Below are positions 54,118 to 63,466 of a stretch of 64,000 nt of DNA, one piece after another; the stretch's first letter is position 1; each line of letters begins with the position of its first letter. Both the position numbers and the translations under genes were made by a program. The notes below the pieces were generated by a model, which saw only the letters and a list, made by a program, of their open reading frames with translations, ran no database searches and had not been told where the DNA came from. Location of the stretch: IMG/VR virus record IMGVR_UViG_3300042507_004023. The stretch is one strand, 5' to 3'. The DNA comes from a virus.

Positions 54118-55617
54118 TTAGTATCCTTGATCTACTCTTTCCTGAGTCAGGATTTCTAGTTCTTCAAATGTTAGAGACATATCAATTTTTGTTGGTGCTG
54201 CGCCGAATGATTGACCGTTTTCTCCCATCATTGGAGCAAAGGTTGTAAACGGTTCATCCCCGTAACTAACCGAAACATCTTTTAATGCACAACGAGCAAT
54301 TTTTGGAAGGAATAAATTTTCAACTCCATTGTGAAAAAACTTTATCTTGAATTCTGCGGGATACTCCAAGATTCTTCCACCTTTACCCTCTGCTCGCTTC
54401 GGCAGAGAGTGTTTTTTCAGGGTGGTTATAATGTTATAAACGGCTAAAACTTCTTGTTTGCTTCTTGGCAAAAATCTAAAAGCAAAATCAAACGATCTTC
54501 TTTTTGCATTCTTAAATTGATTGATTATGAACGGATTGATTTGTGTTCTGGTCGTTGCACTGAACGCTTTATCCAAATTCAAATTACCACCACCAGATAT
54601 TGGAGAAGCAATTGAACTAAGTTTATCGTTTGCTTGTGTTAGTGCGTGTCTAGCGGCAACATCACTAACGCCTCTAAGTAAAGAGGCTAAAGATTCGTTT
54701 TGGGGAGCACCTTTAATTAAATTTGATAGTGTTGATGCGGCTACTTTAACTGTTCCGATAGCGGTAACTAGAGGTGTGTAATCTTCTTCCGCGTATTCTG
54801 CACCATACGATGCTTTGAGGCTTGACGGCATGTATAGACAAACTGTTTTATTTACCTTTTTATTTGCGGTGGTAAATCCTGTGGTTTCTTGGCTGAAGCC
54901 AAATTGTTGTGTTCCATATTGAGGTTCGTAACTAAAATTGTTCCAAACGCTCTGACCAAGTTTTGCTGCCATTCCGCTAGTAACAACCTGAGTTGCGGCA
55001 CTTCCTATAGTTAAAGCACCAACAATGTTTGTTGCCGCAATACCAGCGGGAGTGTTTACAGCATTTCTAACTTTTTCTGCTGATGTTCCTAGTTGCTCAG
55101 GAAGAGTCCCGAGATTTATTCCGAACACCTGATTATCGTTAGCATCTCTTTGTTGAGATTCAATACCGTAACCACCGTATTCATACATTTCAATCTGAAC
55201 CCAGTTTAACAATTCGGGATTGGATCCCAAATCTTCTGGATAAACATAAACTTGCTTTGTCAATTCATACAGCAAATCATTAACAAGATTTGTTGCAGAC
55301 GGCTTAGTTTCTTGTAGTCCAGTTTGATTGCCTCCACCAAACCCGTATTTGGATTGTAATCTGTTTAAATAAGGAGCATTATCCGACGACAAAGGATCAA
55401 CAGATGGGGGTTCTCCCGCCTGTAGAGAACCTGGTTGCATGGTGAATATGCCATCTTCCATGTATCCTTGTTGTGCTTGCGATATAGTCTGTTGTGTTGG
55501 TGTAGTAACCGGAACAGTATTTGCTCCAGGTTGTCCCTTATCAAGAGGTAATACAGTTCTATCTGGCCCACTTAACACATCATCGTAGGCAACAGTTTTT
55601 TGGAATCCTCCTGGCAT
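54118..55617 (-). CDS. gp48: Baseplate tail-tube cap gp48
   Basis: LYMPSSL...Y..EY, NP....F....RRSFDFAFRFLPRS..E...V..II..LK, FL.YP-type EYPAEF.I, CAL..VSV.Y, L.FEELEIL. Confidence 0.88.
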   Translation of the reverse strand: MPGGFQKTVAYDDVLSGPDRTVLPLDKGQPGANTVPVTTPTQQTISQAQQGYMEDGIFTMQPGSLQAGEPPSVDPLSSDNAPYLNRLQSKYGFGGGNQTGLQETKPSATNLVNDLLYELTKQVYVYPEDLGSNPELLNWVQIEMYEYGGYGIESQQRDANDNQVFGINLGTLPEQLGTSAEKVRNAVNTPAGIAATNIVGALTIGSAATQVVTSGMAAKLGQSVWNNFSYEPQYGTQQFGFSQETTGFTTANKKVNKTVCLYMPSSLKASYGAEYAEEDYTPLVTAIGTVKVAASTLSNLIKGAPQNESLASLLRGVSDVAARHALTQANDKLSSIASPISGGGNLNLDKAFSATTRTQINPFIINQFKNAKRRSFDFAFRFLPRSKQEVLAVYNIITTLKKHSLPKRAEGKGGRILEYPAEFKIKFFHNGVENLFLPKIARCALKDVSVSYGDEPFTTFAPMMGENGQSFGAAPTKIDMSLTFEELEILTQERVDQGY

Positions 55618-55648
55618 TTATAGACTCTCCTTTTGAATTGCTACCCTG

Positions 55649-55673
55649 TATTTAGATAAATTTTACATAAATA
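55649..55673. promoter_or_regulatory. Divergent late promoters
   Basis: CTAAATA on the minus strand (55649-55655) towards gp48; ATAAATA on the plus strand (55667-55673) towards gp4. Confidence 0.7.
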
Positions 55674-55694
55674 TAAAAAAGGAAGAGTGTTACC

Positions 55695-56156
55695 ATAGGA
55701 ACCTACAGAACATATAAAGGGTTCTACAAACCCCAAAACCCAAGCAAGTATAAAGGCGATCCCACCAACTGCGTATACCGCTCACTTTGGGAACGCAGAT
55801 TTATGCAATACTGTGATTTAACGGAATCGGTTACGGCTTGGGCTTCTGAGGAGGTTGTAGTTCCTTACATCTCTCCTATAGATGAAAAGGTTCACCGCTA
55901 CTTTGTGGACTTTTGGATTAAAACTGTGAACTTGGACGGCAAGGAAGAGTGCTTTTTGATAGAAATCAAACCAAAAAAGAGAACAGTTAAGCCCGAACTT
56001 CAAGGCAAAAAGATGACTCAAGGCAGACTAAACGAGGTTAGAGAGTGGATGATAAACACTAGTAAGTGGGAAGCCGCTGAACGATTTTGTGAATCTCGTG
56101 GGTGGAAGTTTAAAGTGCTTACAGAAAACGAAATATTTGGGCCCAAAACCGCATGA
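55695..56156 (+). CDS. gp4: Head completion nuclease gp4 (TnsA-like)
   Basis: In frame upstream of ATG 55803 is YKGFYKPQNPSKYKGDPTNCVYRSLWERRF; downstream W.SEEVVVPY.SP.D..HRYFVDF, EIKP, N..KWEAA. Start proposed at ATA 55695. Confidence 0.85.
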   Translation: MGTYRTYKGFYKPQNPSKYKGDPTNCVYRSLWERRFMQYCDLTESVTAWASEEVVVPYISPIDEKVHRYFVDFWIKTVNLDGKEECFLIEIKPKKRTVKPELQGKKMTQGRLNEVREWMINTSKWEAAERFCESRGWKFKVLTENEIFGPKTA

Positions 56157-56740
56157 GTCAAGAAGAGGTAAGAGCAATACTGCGTAAGTTTCAGTTTGAA
56201 GACATTGATATGGCTTCAAGAGCCGCTACCCATTGGTTGAGCGATCATTTAACTCAAATTGGCCCAATCAACCGACCAAATATACTTTCCGAGGGAGAAT
56301 CCCCATATTCCATACGACCTGGAAACATGTATTTCTTTTCATACAACCCGTTAACCAAATCAAAACTCCCGTTTTATGACATGTTTCCTGTAGCCATAGC
56401 AATGCAAAAAGCACCTGGCGGGTTCATAGGATTAAACCTGCACTATCTAAGATTCTACAATCGAGCAGTATTTTTAAACTTTCTTATAGACTCGGCAGAT
56501 CGTTCCAACTGGTATGAAACGGATATCGCTAGACTGCTACTAGACTATACCAACATGCAAAGAACGGCAAGCATGGCAAAGCATATTAAGGGAGCAATAA
56601 AGCGATACTACTTCCGACAGTTTTTAAGTCAAGCGGTTATGGTTCAGCCTAAGGATTGGAAAGTGGTTCCATTTCTTCCCCTAGATAGATTTGTAAAAGC
56701 CACAAGAGAAGAAGTTTTTAGATGGGCATCTCAATTATAA
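56153..56740 (+). CDS. gp2: DNA end protector gp2
   Basis: GNMYFFSYNP..K.KLPFYD.FP, FIGLNLHYL, AIKRY, FLPL..F. Confidence 0.88.
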   Translation: MSQEEVRAILRKFQFEDIDMASRAATHWLSDHLTQIGPINRPNILSEGESPYSIRPGNMYFFSYNPLTKSKLPFYDMFPVAIAMQKAPGGFIGLNLHYLRFYNRAVFLNFLIDSADRSNWYETDIARLLLDYTNMQRTASMAKHIKGAIKRYYFRQFLSQAVMVQPKDWKVVPFLPLDRFVKATREEVFRWASQL

Positions 56741-56754
56741 AGGAACAAACCTAG

Positions 56755-57762
56755 ATGAGTGCTTTAAACAATTTTAATTTCCCTAGTTTTCAAGACTTGT
56801 TGGCATCCTCTGTTTCCCGAGAGGGGGGAGTAACACCAACAAACAGAGGCCCGTCGTTTGTAGAGCAACTTGTTACATTCGGAAGAACGATGGGTTACAT
56901 GAGAGCCAATCGTTACTGTGTATTGCTTGAGAATCCGCCAGCATCAGCAGGCATGTTTCCGTATGATATGACCTTTGCATCCCGCTTATCTTTAAATTGT
57001 CTTCAAGCACAAATTCCTGATGTTGGATTTGCCTCTACCGAACAGTTCATTGCAGGCCCTAAGAGAGTTATACCTCAAGCATTTTCATATGGTGACAACA
57101 ACGCGCAGTTTCAATTCAATTGCGGTGTAGACCTATACGAATATCTGTTCTTCCGAAATTGGCAGAGATCTATTGTTGATCCAATTTACAATTACGCTTC
57201 GTATTATAATGACTACGCCAAAAACTGCTCGTTGACCGTAATACTCCTGCCCAACAATGTTAGAAATTTTGAAGACATGTTGACTAAACTAAACAACAAT
57301 CAATTATATGGGGTTAGACTTGATGAAGTGTATCCCCGAACTGTTGGGATAAATGCGGTTCAAAACGCATCAACCAACATAGTTCTAGTTTCTAATATTA
57401 CATTCGGTTACAGAAAACTCACTCCATATCGAGATTTTGGAGACGAGTTGAAGTATGCTCTACATGCCGCTTGGGATTCTACCATGAATCTAGCAGACAA
57501 TACTCGACATGTGGACGAAAGTGCTTTGAAGGACGGAATCAAGAAAGAATACACTAAAGCAGAAATTCAAGAACTTAAAGAAAAGTATCTTGCGACAGAT
57601 CCACTACGAGCAAAGAGAAAACCAGGGCCATTCGATTTCCTCAATCCAGAATTACCGTCCAAAGATCCATCAATCACGCCGCCTGAACTCGACGCTAATC
57701 CGTTTATCAATAACATATTGACCTCAGGCATCAATATAGCCGCCCTATTCCAAGGTATATAA
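56755..57762 (+). CDS. gp54: Baseplate tail-tube initiator gp54-like
   Basis: RANRY.V, C..AQIP, F..W...I.D, YY.DY, L.EVYP..V, .TFGYR tube-fold pattern; located between gp2 and gp26. Confidence 0.75.
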   Translation: MSALNNFNFPSFQDLLASSVSREGGVTPTNRGPSFVEQLVTFGRTMGYMRANRYCVLLENPPASAGMFPYDMTFASRLSLNCLQAQIPDVGFASTEQFIAGPKRVIPQAFSYGDNNAQFQFNCGVDLYEYLFFRNWQRSIVDPIYNYASYYNDYAKNCSLTVILLPNNVRNFEDMLTKLNNNQLYGVRLDEVYPRTVGINAVQNASTNIVLVSNITFGYRKLTPYRDFGDELKYALHAAWDSTMNLADNTRHVDESALKDGIKKEYTKAEIQELKEKYLATDPLRAKRKPGPFDFLNPELPSKDPSITPPELDANPFINNILTSGINIAALFQGI

Positions 57763-57765
57763 ATA
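57758..57765 (+). promoter_or_regulatory. Perfect T4 late promoter TATAAATA
   Basis: Exact consensus upstream of the AAGGAG RBS of gp26. Confidence 0.8.
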
Positions 57766-57795
57766 AAAAGTAGCGATTGAATCAAGGAGATTATC

Positions 57796-58506
57796 ATGGG
57801 TTTACCCACACTAGCGACACCAAAATATGAATTAACTATTCCATCCACAGGACAAAAAATCGAATATCGTCCATTCTTAGTTAAAGAAGAAAAAATTTTG
57901 CTGCTAGCCAGCGAAACAAAGGATGAGCGAGAGCAAGTTCGAGCAATGAAACAAGTAATTGAAAGTTGCACCTTCGGTAAGGTTGCAATAGATTCTCTCG
58001 CTTCATTTGATATTGAATATTTGTTTCTTAAACTTCGCTCAAAGTCTGTTGGCGAAAGCGTTGAGGTTGGCATCAAGTGTTCGGGCTGTGGTGAAAGTTG
58101 TCCAACCTCAGTAAATCTTAATGATGTCGAGGTTAAGTTTGATCCAAAGTTTACCAATCGAATAAAACTGTCGGAGAGTGTTGGAGTTTTGATGCGATAT
58201 CCAAATTACGAAGACATGATTCGATTGTCTGAAATACAGAAAAGCCAAAACTCAGAAGATGTTATGGGATTTGTGGCTAGTTGCATCGACAAAATTTACG
58301 ACGACAAACAAACATACAACACCTCTGATTTTACCAAAGAAGAGGTTGCGGCATTTATGGATGAACTTTCACAAGTGGGCCTAAAGAAAATTATGGGCTT
58401 CTTTGAGAACATGCCAAGTTTACAAAAAGAACTGAAGACGAAGTGTTCAAAATGCTCGAAAGAAACTGATATAACTCTAAGGGGGGCACAGAGTTTTTTT
58501 CAATAA
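57796..58506 (+). CDS. gp26: Baseplate hub subunit gp26
   Basis: LPTLATPKYELTIPSTG..I.YRPFLVKEEKILLLA, FDIEYLFLKLRSKSVGE, CxxC pairs. Confidence 0.92.
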   Translation: MGLPTLATPKYELTIPSTGQKIEYRPFLVKEEKILLLASETKDEREQVRAMKQVIESCTFGKVAIDSLASFDIEYLFLKLRSKSVGESVEVGIKCSGCGESCPTSVNLNDVEVKFDPKFTNRIKLSESVGVLMRYPNYEDMIRLSEIQKSQNSEDVMGFVASCIDKIYDDKQTYNTSDFTKEEVAAFMDELSQVGLKKIMGFFENMPSLQKELKTKCSKCSKETDITLRGAQSFFQ

Positions 58507-58508
58507 GC

Positions 58509-58715
58509 ATGATGCATGATACTCTGGCAAATTGGTATCAGAGCAATTTCGCCATGATGCAGCATCATAAGTATTCGTTGGCTGATCTTGAAAATCTGAT
58601 GCCTTGGGAAAGAAGACTTTACATTGATATGCTTGTTCAACATGTTAAAGAGGAGAATGAGAAACACAAAGAAATGAACGGAAATCAATATGATCCGGCA
58701 CAATTTCAAAGGTAA
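58509..58715 (+). CDS. gp51: Baseplate hub assembly chaperone gp51
   Basis: NFAMMQHHKYSL.DLENLMPWER.LY. Confidence 0.9.
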   Translation: MMHDTLANWYQSNFAMMQHHKYSLADLENLMPWERRLYIDMLVQHVKEENEKHKEMNGNQYDPAQFQR

Positions 58716-58725
58716 TAGGGGATAA

Positions 58726-61428
58726 ATGGCAGAACAAGGATTTAATGTAGGGCCTAATGCAACACCAGGGGGAGCACCAGAAGATCCTCGTGTGAATAAT
58801 GCTGCTTTGAATGCTGAACTGAAACAGGCTCAGTTGTTGCAAGCACAAACTATAAAGTCTCTGACAGAAACAATTGAAGAACTGCAAAAACAGTATGCCG
58901 AACTAACTGGCGAAGCCAGAACCTTGTCAAACGACGAAAAACTGGTTACTAACAAACTCCGAGAAAAAATTGAAACTCTCACTCAAATTCTTAAGAGCAT
59001 GCAGGACAGCATGGCTAAAGGAGAGCCTGTTCGCTCGCTTGCAAGTATCGGTCAAAAGGAAAGAATACAAACCTTTGACAAATTAACTGCGGTAATTTCT
59101 CAGTATCAAAAGAGTAACTTGGAGTTTATGAAATCGTCGCAAGGGCAGTCTCTTGATTTTGATAGTTGGTATGAAGGATTCTTAGAACAACAAAAGGTGG
59201 ATTTGGCTAATCTTGAAGCCTCGGAATACAACGGTATTGTATTAGAAGAAATCAAGAAAATACTAAAAGCATCCTCTACAGACCTAGCAAAAGTTTCAGA
59301 TCCTGAACTTGAAGAACTAGCAAAACAGTCGCTTAAACTTTCTGTGGATGAGAAGCGTAGAGATTTAGAATTCTATGAACAAAATAGAGACATCATAAAA
59401 CTAAATCGAGAAGCCAACATTCAAGAGCAAGAGAATGTAAGAAAACTGGTTGCTTCAAATCAGTTTGATCCATCAAAGCCTATTTTGGAACACGGGTTTA
59501 AGAGTGTTTCCAAAGATATGGACAAACTGATTCAAAATACTAAGCATCGTTCTCTAATAAAGATAATATCTGATCTTTTAGGGCCATTTGGCCCAATCAT
59601 TATGGGCTTGGTGAAGTTTGTAGTTCTGCCTCTGATGTTTGCTTTAGGTTTGTTTGGTGGCGTGTTGGTTGCTCAATACCTGAAACTTCGTGCTTTAGGC
59701 AATCTTTTAACTCTAGCCCCAATCAAAAACTTTATTGTGGGTATACAAGATATTGGAATACAACTCAAAGCATTTAAAATTGGAATAGAAAGAACGATAT
59801 TCCACGATTTGCCCGAGGTATACAGATCTATATCTGAATTTGCTAAAAGATTTAAATTTAGACTAAGTAATATTCTTAACATTTTTGCAGACACCGAGTT
59901 TGCAAAACGATTTGAGATGGTTCCCGCATTCATAAAGTATTTGTTTGATACAGGATTGCAGAAAATAACACAGTCTCGAATCGGCACAATATTTTCCGGA
60001 CTGTTTAAATTCATTGGTCAAACAGGTAAAATTCTAGGAAATATAGGCTCAAGAGTTTTGTCGGTAACAAATTCTATAGCCGGTTTTTTCAGTAAAGTAT
60101 TTGAACCCATCACCACATTCTTTAAGTCGGGAACAGGCAGACTTGTCGTTGCGGTTGATGGTGCAACCTTGGGAATATTCCGAATGATTAAGTTTGGATT
60201 TCAGATAGGAAAAACTCTAGCAGGAATTGCTGGCCCTATTGCAACTGTGATGAGTATTTTCGAGGGATTGCCTGCCTTGTGGTCAAAATTAACTTCTGGA
60301 GATTTACGAACAGCGATAAAAGGAGCGTTGGCTCTTATAACACAAATTACCGCACAAGCCCTAGCAACTATTTTTGGTGGGCCAGTTGGTGGTATCGCTG
60401 CGGCTATGACACTAAACTTTGAAAGAATTTACCGATGGTTTGAACCGCTATTTGATTTGATTCTCGATGTTGGTGAAGTCATTTTTGGTGTTATTTCTTC
60501 AGTATACAAAGATTTTGTTGAACCTATAATGGCAACCATAACAAAAGTTCTAGTAACCTTGATGGATAGTGCTTTTAAACTGATAAATCCTGTAATTAAA
60601 TCGTTGAGAATATTGTTTCTTGTATTGAGTTATACAATAATACCTCTAATAAAAGCAGCATTCAAAGTTTTAGGATTTGTTTTGGGCAAACTACTAGAAG
60701 GAGCATTGTGGCTTTACGATCACACTATAGGCCCTGTGATAGACGGCATTTCTGGTATGTTTAACTATCTGTTAGACAATCTTGAAAGTGTTATAAAAGG
60801 TATTGTTGGTTTTGCTATTGATCTATACAACAAAACTGTTGGTAAGGTTTTTGGAAAAATGGAAAATCCGTTTGAGACATCTAAAGCCAAAACCGCTCCA
60901 ACTCCAGCACCAACTGCGGAAAAGCCTCCAACAGAAACACTAATGTCAGATACGGAAAAGAAAGATTGGTTTAATTCGTTAAGCACCTCGGTAACTGAGG
61001 GCGTTTCTGATGCGGTAGGAAAAGGTAAAGAAATGGGAGGAGCCGCTTCAGAATCTATTAAAAGTCTAGTTGATGTGATGAAAGAGCATACCGAAGCGGT
61101 TAAACAGCAAACTGAAGCATTGGCAAACAGTCCGCTTGGTATGAAAATTAGACAGAAGGGATTAGAAGGCCTTGAGTATGCAACCACACCGATAAGTAAT
61201 CAGCAGATGCAGTATGCAGCATCACCACAACTTGCTCAAATGAGTCAGCAAGAAATGATGAATGCGGCTCTTGGCTTTAAAGGAAAAGCCGGAGATACTG
61301 TTGTGAACAATGTAGTCACGAACAATACCTCCGGCTCGGGTGGAGGCGGATTTATTCCAATGGTGTCGTCAGGTCACATGGATCCTACCAAAGTAGCACT
61401 CCAAATTTCCTATCGACCACCAGGGTAA
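58726..61428 (+). CDS. Tape measure / tail length determinant (gp29-like)
   Basis: 900 aa, helical coiled-coil N-half, hydrophobic segments, amphipathic F/L-periodic repeats, C-terminal VVNNVVTNN; follows gp51. Confidence 0.7.
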   Translation: MAEQGFNVGPNATPGGAPEDPRVNNAALNAELKQAQLLQAQTIKSLTETIEELQKQYAELTGEARTLSNDEKLVTNKLREKIETLTQILKSMQDSMAKGEPVRSLASIGQKERIQTFDKLTAVISQYQKSNLEFMKSSQGQSLDFDSWYEGFLEQQKVDLANLEASEYNGIVLEEIKKILKASSTDLAKVSDPELEELAKQSLKLSVDEKRRDLEFYEQNRDIIKLNREANIQEQENVRKLVASNQFDPSKPILEHGFKSVSKDMDKLIQNTKHRSLIKIISDLLGPFGPIIMGLVKFVVLPLMFALGLFGGVLVAQYLKLRALGNLLTLAPIKNFIVGIQDIGIQLKAFKIGIERTIFHDLPEVYRSISEFAKRFKFRLSNILNIFADTEFAKRFEMVPAFIKYLFDTGLQKITQSRIGTIFSGLFKFIGQTGKILGNIGSRVLSVTNSIAGFFSKVFEPITTFFKSGTGRLVVAVDGATLGIFRMIKFGFQIGKTLAGIAGPIATVMSIFEGLPALWSKLTSGDLRTAIKGALALITQITAQALATIFGGPVGGIAAAMTLNFERIYRWFEPLFDLILDVGEVIFGVISSVYKDFVEPIMATITKVLVTLMDSAFKLINPVIKSLRILFLVLSYTIIPLIKAAFKVLGFVLGKLLEGALWLYDHTIGPVIDGISGMFNYLLDNLESVIKGIVGFAIDLYNKTVGKVFGKMENPFETSKAKTAPTPAPTAEKPPTETLMSDTEKKDWFNSLSTSVTEGVSDAVGKGKEMGGAASESIKSLVDVMKEHTEAVKQQTEALANSPLGMKIRQKGLEGLEYATTPISNQQMQYAASPQLAQMSQQEMMNAALGFKGKAGDTVVNNVVTNNTSGSGGGGFIPMVSSGHMDPTKVALQISYRPPG

Positions 61429-62334
61429 TCAATCCTCTTCAGCCAACTTGCGGAAGTAGGAAAGCGTATCCTCTTCGCCGCCATCGTCCTCTTCAACAAC
61501 AGGCTTCTTTGCAGCGGCAGTTTCCTTCTTACGGAACTTCTCGCTCAAACTCTCACGGATGGGTTCTTCATCTTCAGCCTTCTTGGAAGACTTGATTTCA
61601 GTCGTGAGAACAGTCTCAAGACGCTCCTTCAATTCCTCGTAAGACTTGAACTTGTCTGCACCAGTAAACTCGGCAAGAGCATACTGTGACTTCCACACCT
61701 TCTCAAGAAGTTCATCCTTGCCGTCAAGTAGCGGACTCTTGTTATCAAATTCGCTCTTGTCATAGTTAGCAAAGCCACCAACAGTCTGAATCTTCATCTT
61801 GAAGTTTCTGCCGTTCCAAAAATCGAACGGATTGATTGGCTCTTCGCCGGGGAACTTCGGCTGCATGGAGTCGGTGATCTTATCAAAAATCTTCTTGCCG
61901 TAGCGGAACAGGAACACCTTGCCCTCGTTCTCACGGTTCGCAGGATCGCTGACAACCATGATGTTTGAGATGTAAGACAGTTTGCGCTTACGAGCACGAG
62001 CAATTTCCTTGTCGGCTTCAATCCCGCTGTTCCACAACTCGTTGTTGGCTTCGCATACAGGACACTTCTTACCCAAAGTGGTTGGGCAGTTTTCAATATA
62101 CCAACCGCCCTTGCCTTGGAAGCCGTGCGAGAAAACTCGTGCCCACGGAACTTCTTCGCCCTCGCAGGCAGGCAGGAACCGAAGCACGGCATAACCGTTT
62201 CCGTCCTTACCACGCTCTGGGCTCCAGAAGCGGTCATCCTTGTATGATTTGGTTTCTGTCGTCTTTTCCAATTCCTTGGCGAGAGCCGAGACAGAGTTCT
62301 TGCTCATCTTCTTTAAATCTGAAAATCCAGCCAT
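61429..62334 (-). CDS. gp32: Single-stranded DNA-binding protein gp32
   Basis: DDRFW.P, GNGYAVLRFLP, HGFQG.GGWYIENC.TTLG..CPVCE, GKVFLF.YGKKIFDKI, NYDKSEF, acidic tail LSYF.KLAEED. Confidence 0.97.
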   Translation of the reverse strand: MAGFSDLKKMSKNSVSALAKELEKTTETKSYKDDRFWSPERGKDGNGYAVLRFLPACEGEEVPWARVFSHGFQGKGGWYIENCPTTLGKKCPVCEANNELWNSGIEADKEIARARKRKLSYISNIMVVSDPANRENEGKVFLFRYGKKIFDKITDSMQPKFPGEEPINPFDFWNGRNFKMKIQTVGGFANYDKSEFDNKSPLLDGKDELLEKVWKSQYALAEFTGADKFKSYEELKERLETVLTTEIKSSKKAEDEEPIRESLSEKFRKKETAAAKKPVVEEDDGGEEDTLSYFRKLAEED

Positions 62335-62401
62335 TGTAGTATCCTTTCGTATTACGGAGTATTAAAGTGTGTTAGTGAGTATGGTATTGTATACTAAGTA
62401 T
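62335..62401 (-). promoter_or_regulatory. Probable gp32 autoregulatory leader
   Basis: G-poor leader with seven ATAC units and an AAAGGA RBS. Confidence 0.5.
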
Positions 62402-63014
62402 TCTTTGTATGCAACTTATTTGTGATGATTTCCGATATGATTCTCTTCAAGTCATCACGCCTAGTATCTAGGTGGAGGAATGGAGCATACCGCAAAATTG
62501 GTATACCAACCTCTTCCCATATAGGGTCGCCGTCCATACGCCAGCGTTTTGTAAATCCAAGTATGCTGTCCAAAACTAAAAAAGTTTCAGGAGAAATTCG
62601 CTTCTCCATTACAGCACGAAATATATCAGGATGTGTGCCTTCTTGATGTGTAAACAAACGATTGAAACACTCCGGGTCTTCTTTGCAGCGTTCCCAAAGT
62701 GTATTCATTTCAGTTTTAACCTGATACTGTAAAGCCTGAACCCTGCGTAGTCTAGACAGATGTTCGGCTTCTGCATCTTCTCCAAGCATGTCACCAACCC
62801 AAGTTTTATTGGCTAGAATTTGTGACAAGAAGAACTCCACGATTTCATCTCGGGAGTAACGCTTGGCTAACTTCTCAAAGTAATAGCGATCTTTGCGTCG
62901 TTCAAAAGTTTCAGGGGCAACTTTAACCTTGCCGAACTTATGATAGTCAAACCCGCTGTTTTTAAAGTGTGCTTTGAGAGTTATGAAAGTTTGATAGGCT
63001 TCAAACGGTCGCAT
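62394..63014 (-). CDS. gp59: Helicase loader gp59
   Basis: FEAYQTFITLKAHF...DYHKFG...FERRKDRYYFEKLA, ISPETFLVLD.ILGF, Y.PFL. Confidence 0.9.
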   Translation of the reverse strand: MRPFEAYQTFITLKAHFKNSGFDYHKFGKVKVAPETFERRKDRYYFEKLAKRYSRDEIVEFFLSQILANKTWVGDMLGEDAEAEHLSRLRRVQALQYQVKTEMNTLWERCKEDPECFNRLFTHQEGTHPDIFRAVMEKRISPETFLVLDSILGFTKRWRMDGDPIWEEVGIPILRYAPFLHLDTRRDDLKRIISEIITNKLHTKNT

Positions 63015-63239
63015 TTAAAATAGTTTAGAACTCTTCTTAAGCATGTTGGCTTTCTGTCCTTCCACACGAAGCCGCTCTTTTATGGGCTTGGTTAGGAGTT
63101 TAGCCACTGCTTCAGGCTCAATCCCATGCTTTTCGCACAAGTCAACAATCACTTCCATGTAGGTAGTATCTTTACGACTTCTATACAATTCTTCTATTTG
63201 ACGACAGAAATCGTTTTGTAGATTGAGTATCGACCCCAT
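63015..63239 (-). CDS. gp33: Late transcription coactivator gp33
   Basis: F..QIE......Y..VIV..CE...IEPE.VAKLL.KPIKE.LRVE...NML. Confidence 0.88.
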   Translation of the reverse strand: MGSILNLQNDFCRQIEELYRSRKDTTYMEVIVDLCEKHGIEPEAVAKLLTKPIKERLRVEGQKANMLKKSSKLF

Positions 63240-63466
63240 TATTCTTCACCTATCTCTTCTTCGCGTGGAACCACAGTTAATTGTTCGCCACGAATGAGAG
63301 CATTGTTGAACTCTTCTTCTGTAAGGAACAGAGTCAACTCACGATCTTTATACATGATGTGAACAATGTGCTTACCTTCGCCCAACTTTTCCAAGATAGA
63401 CTCTTTGATCTTTGCGATATCTACTGGCTCTTCTTTACGCTTGAATAGTTGTGTTAACCACTTCAT
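63239..63466 (-). CDS. Small hypothetical protein
   Basis: ATG at 63466 with GAGG RBS; 75 aa. Confidence 0.55.
   Translation of the reverse strand: MKWLTQLFKRKEEPVDIAKIKESILEKLGEGKHIVHIMYKDRELTLFLTEEEFNNALIRGEQLTVVPREEEIGEE

Noticed and set aside
57567-58157. 196-aa minus-strand ORF
   Set aside because: Antisense to well-supported gp54 and gp26; no independent signal.
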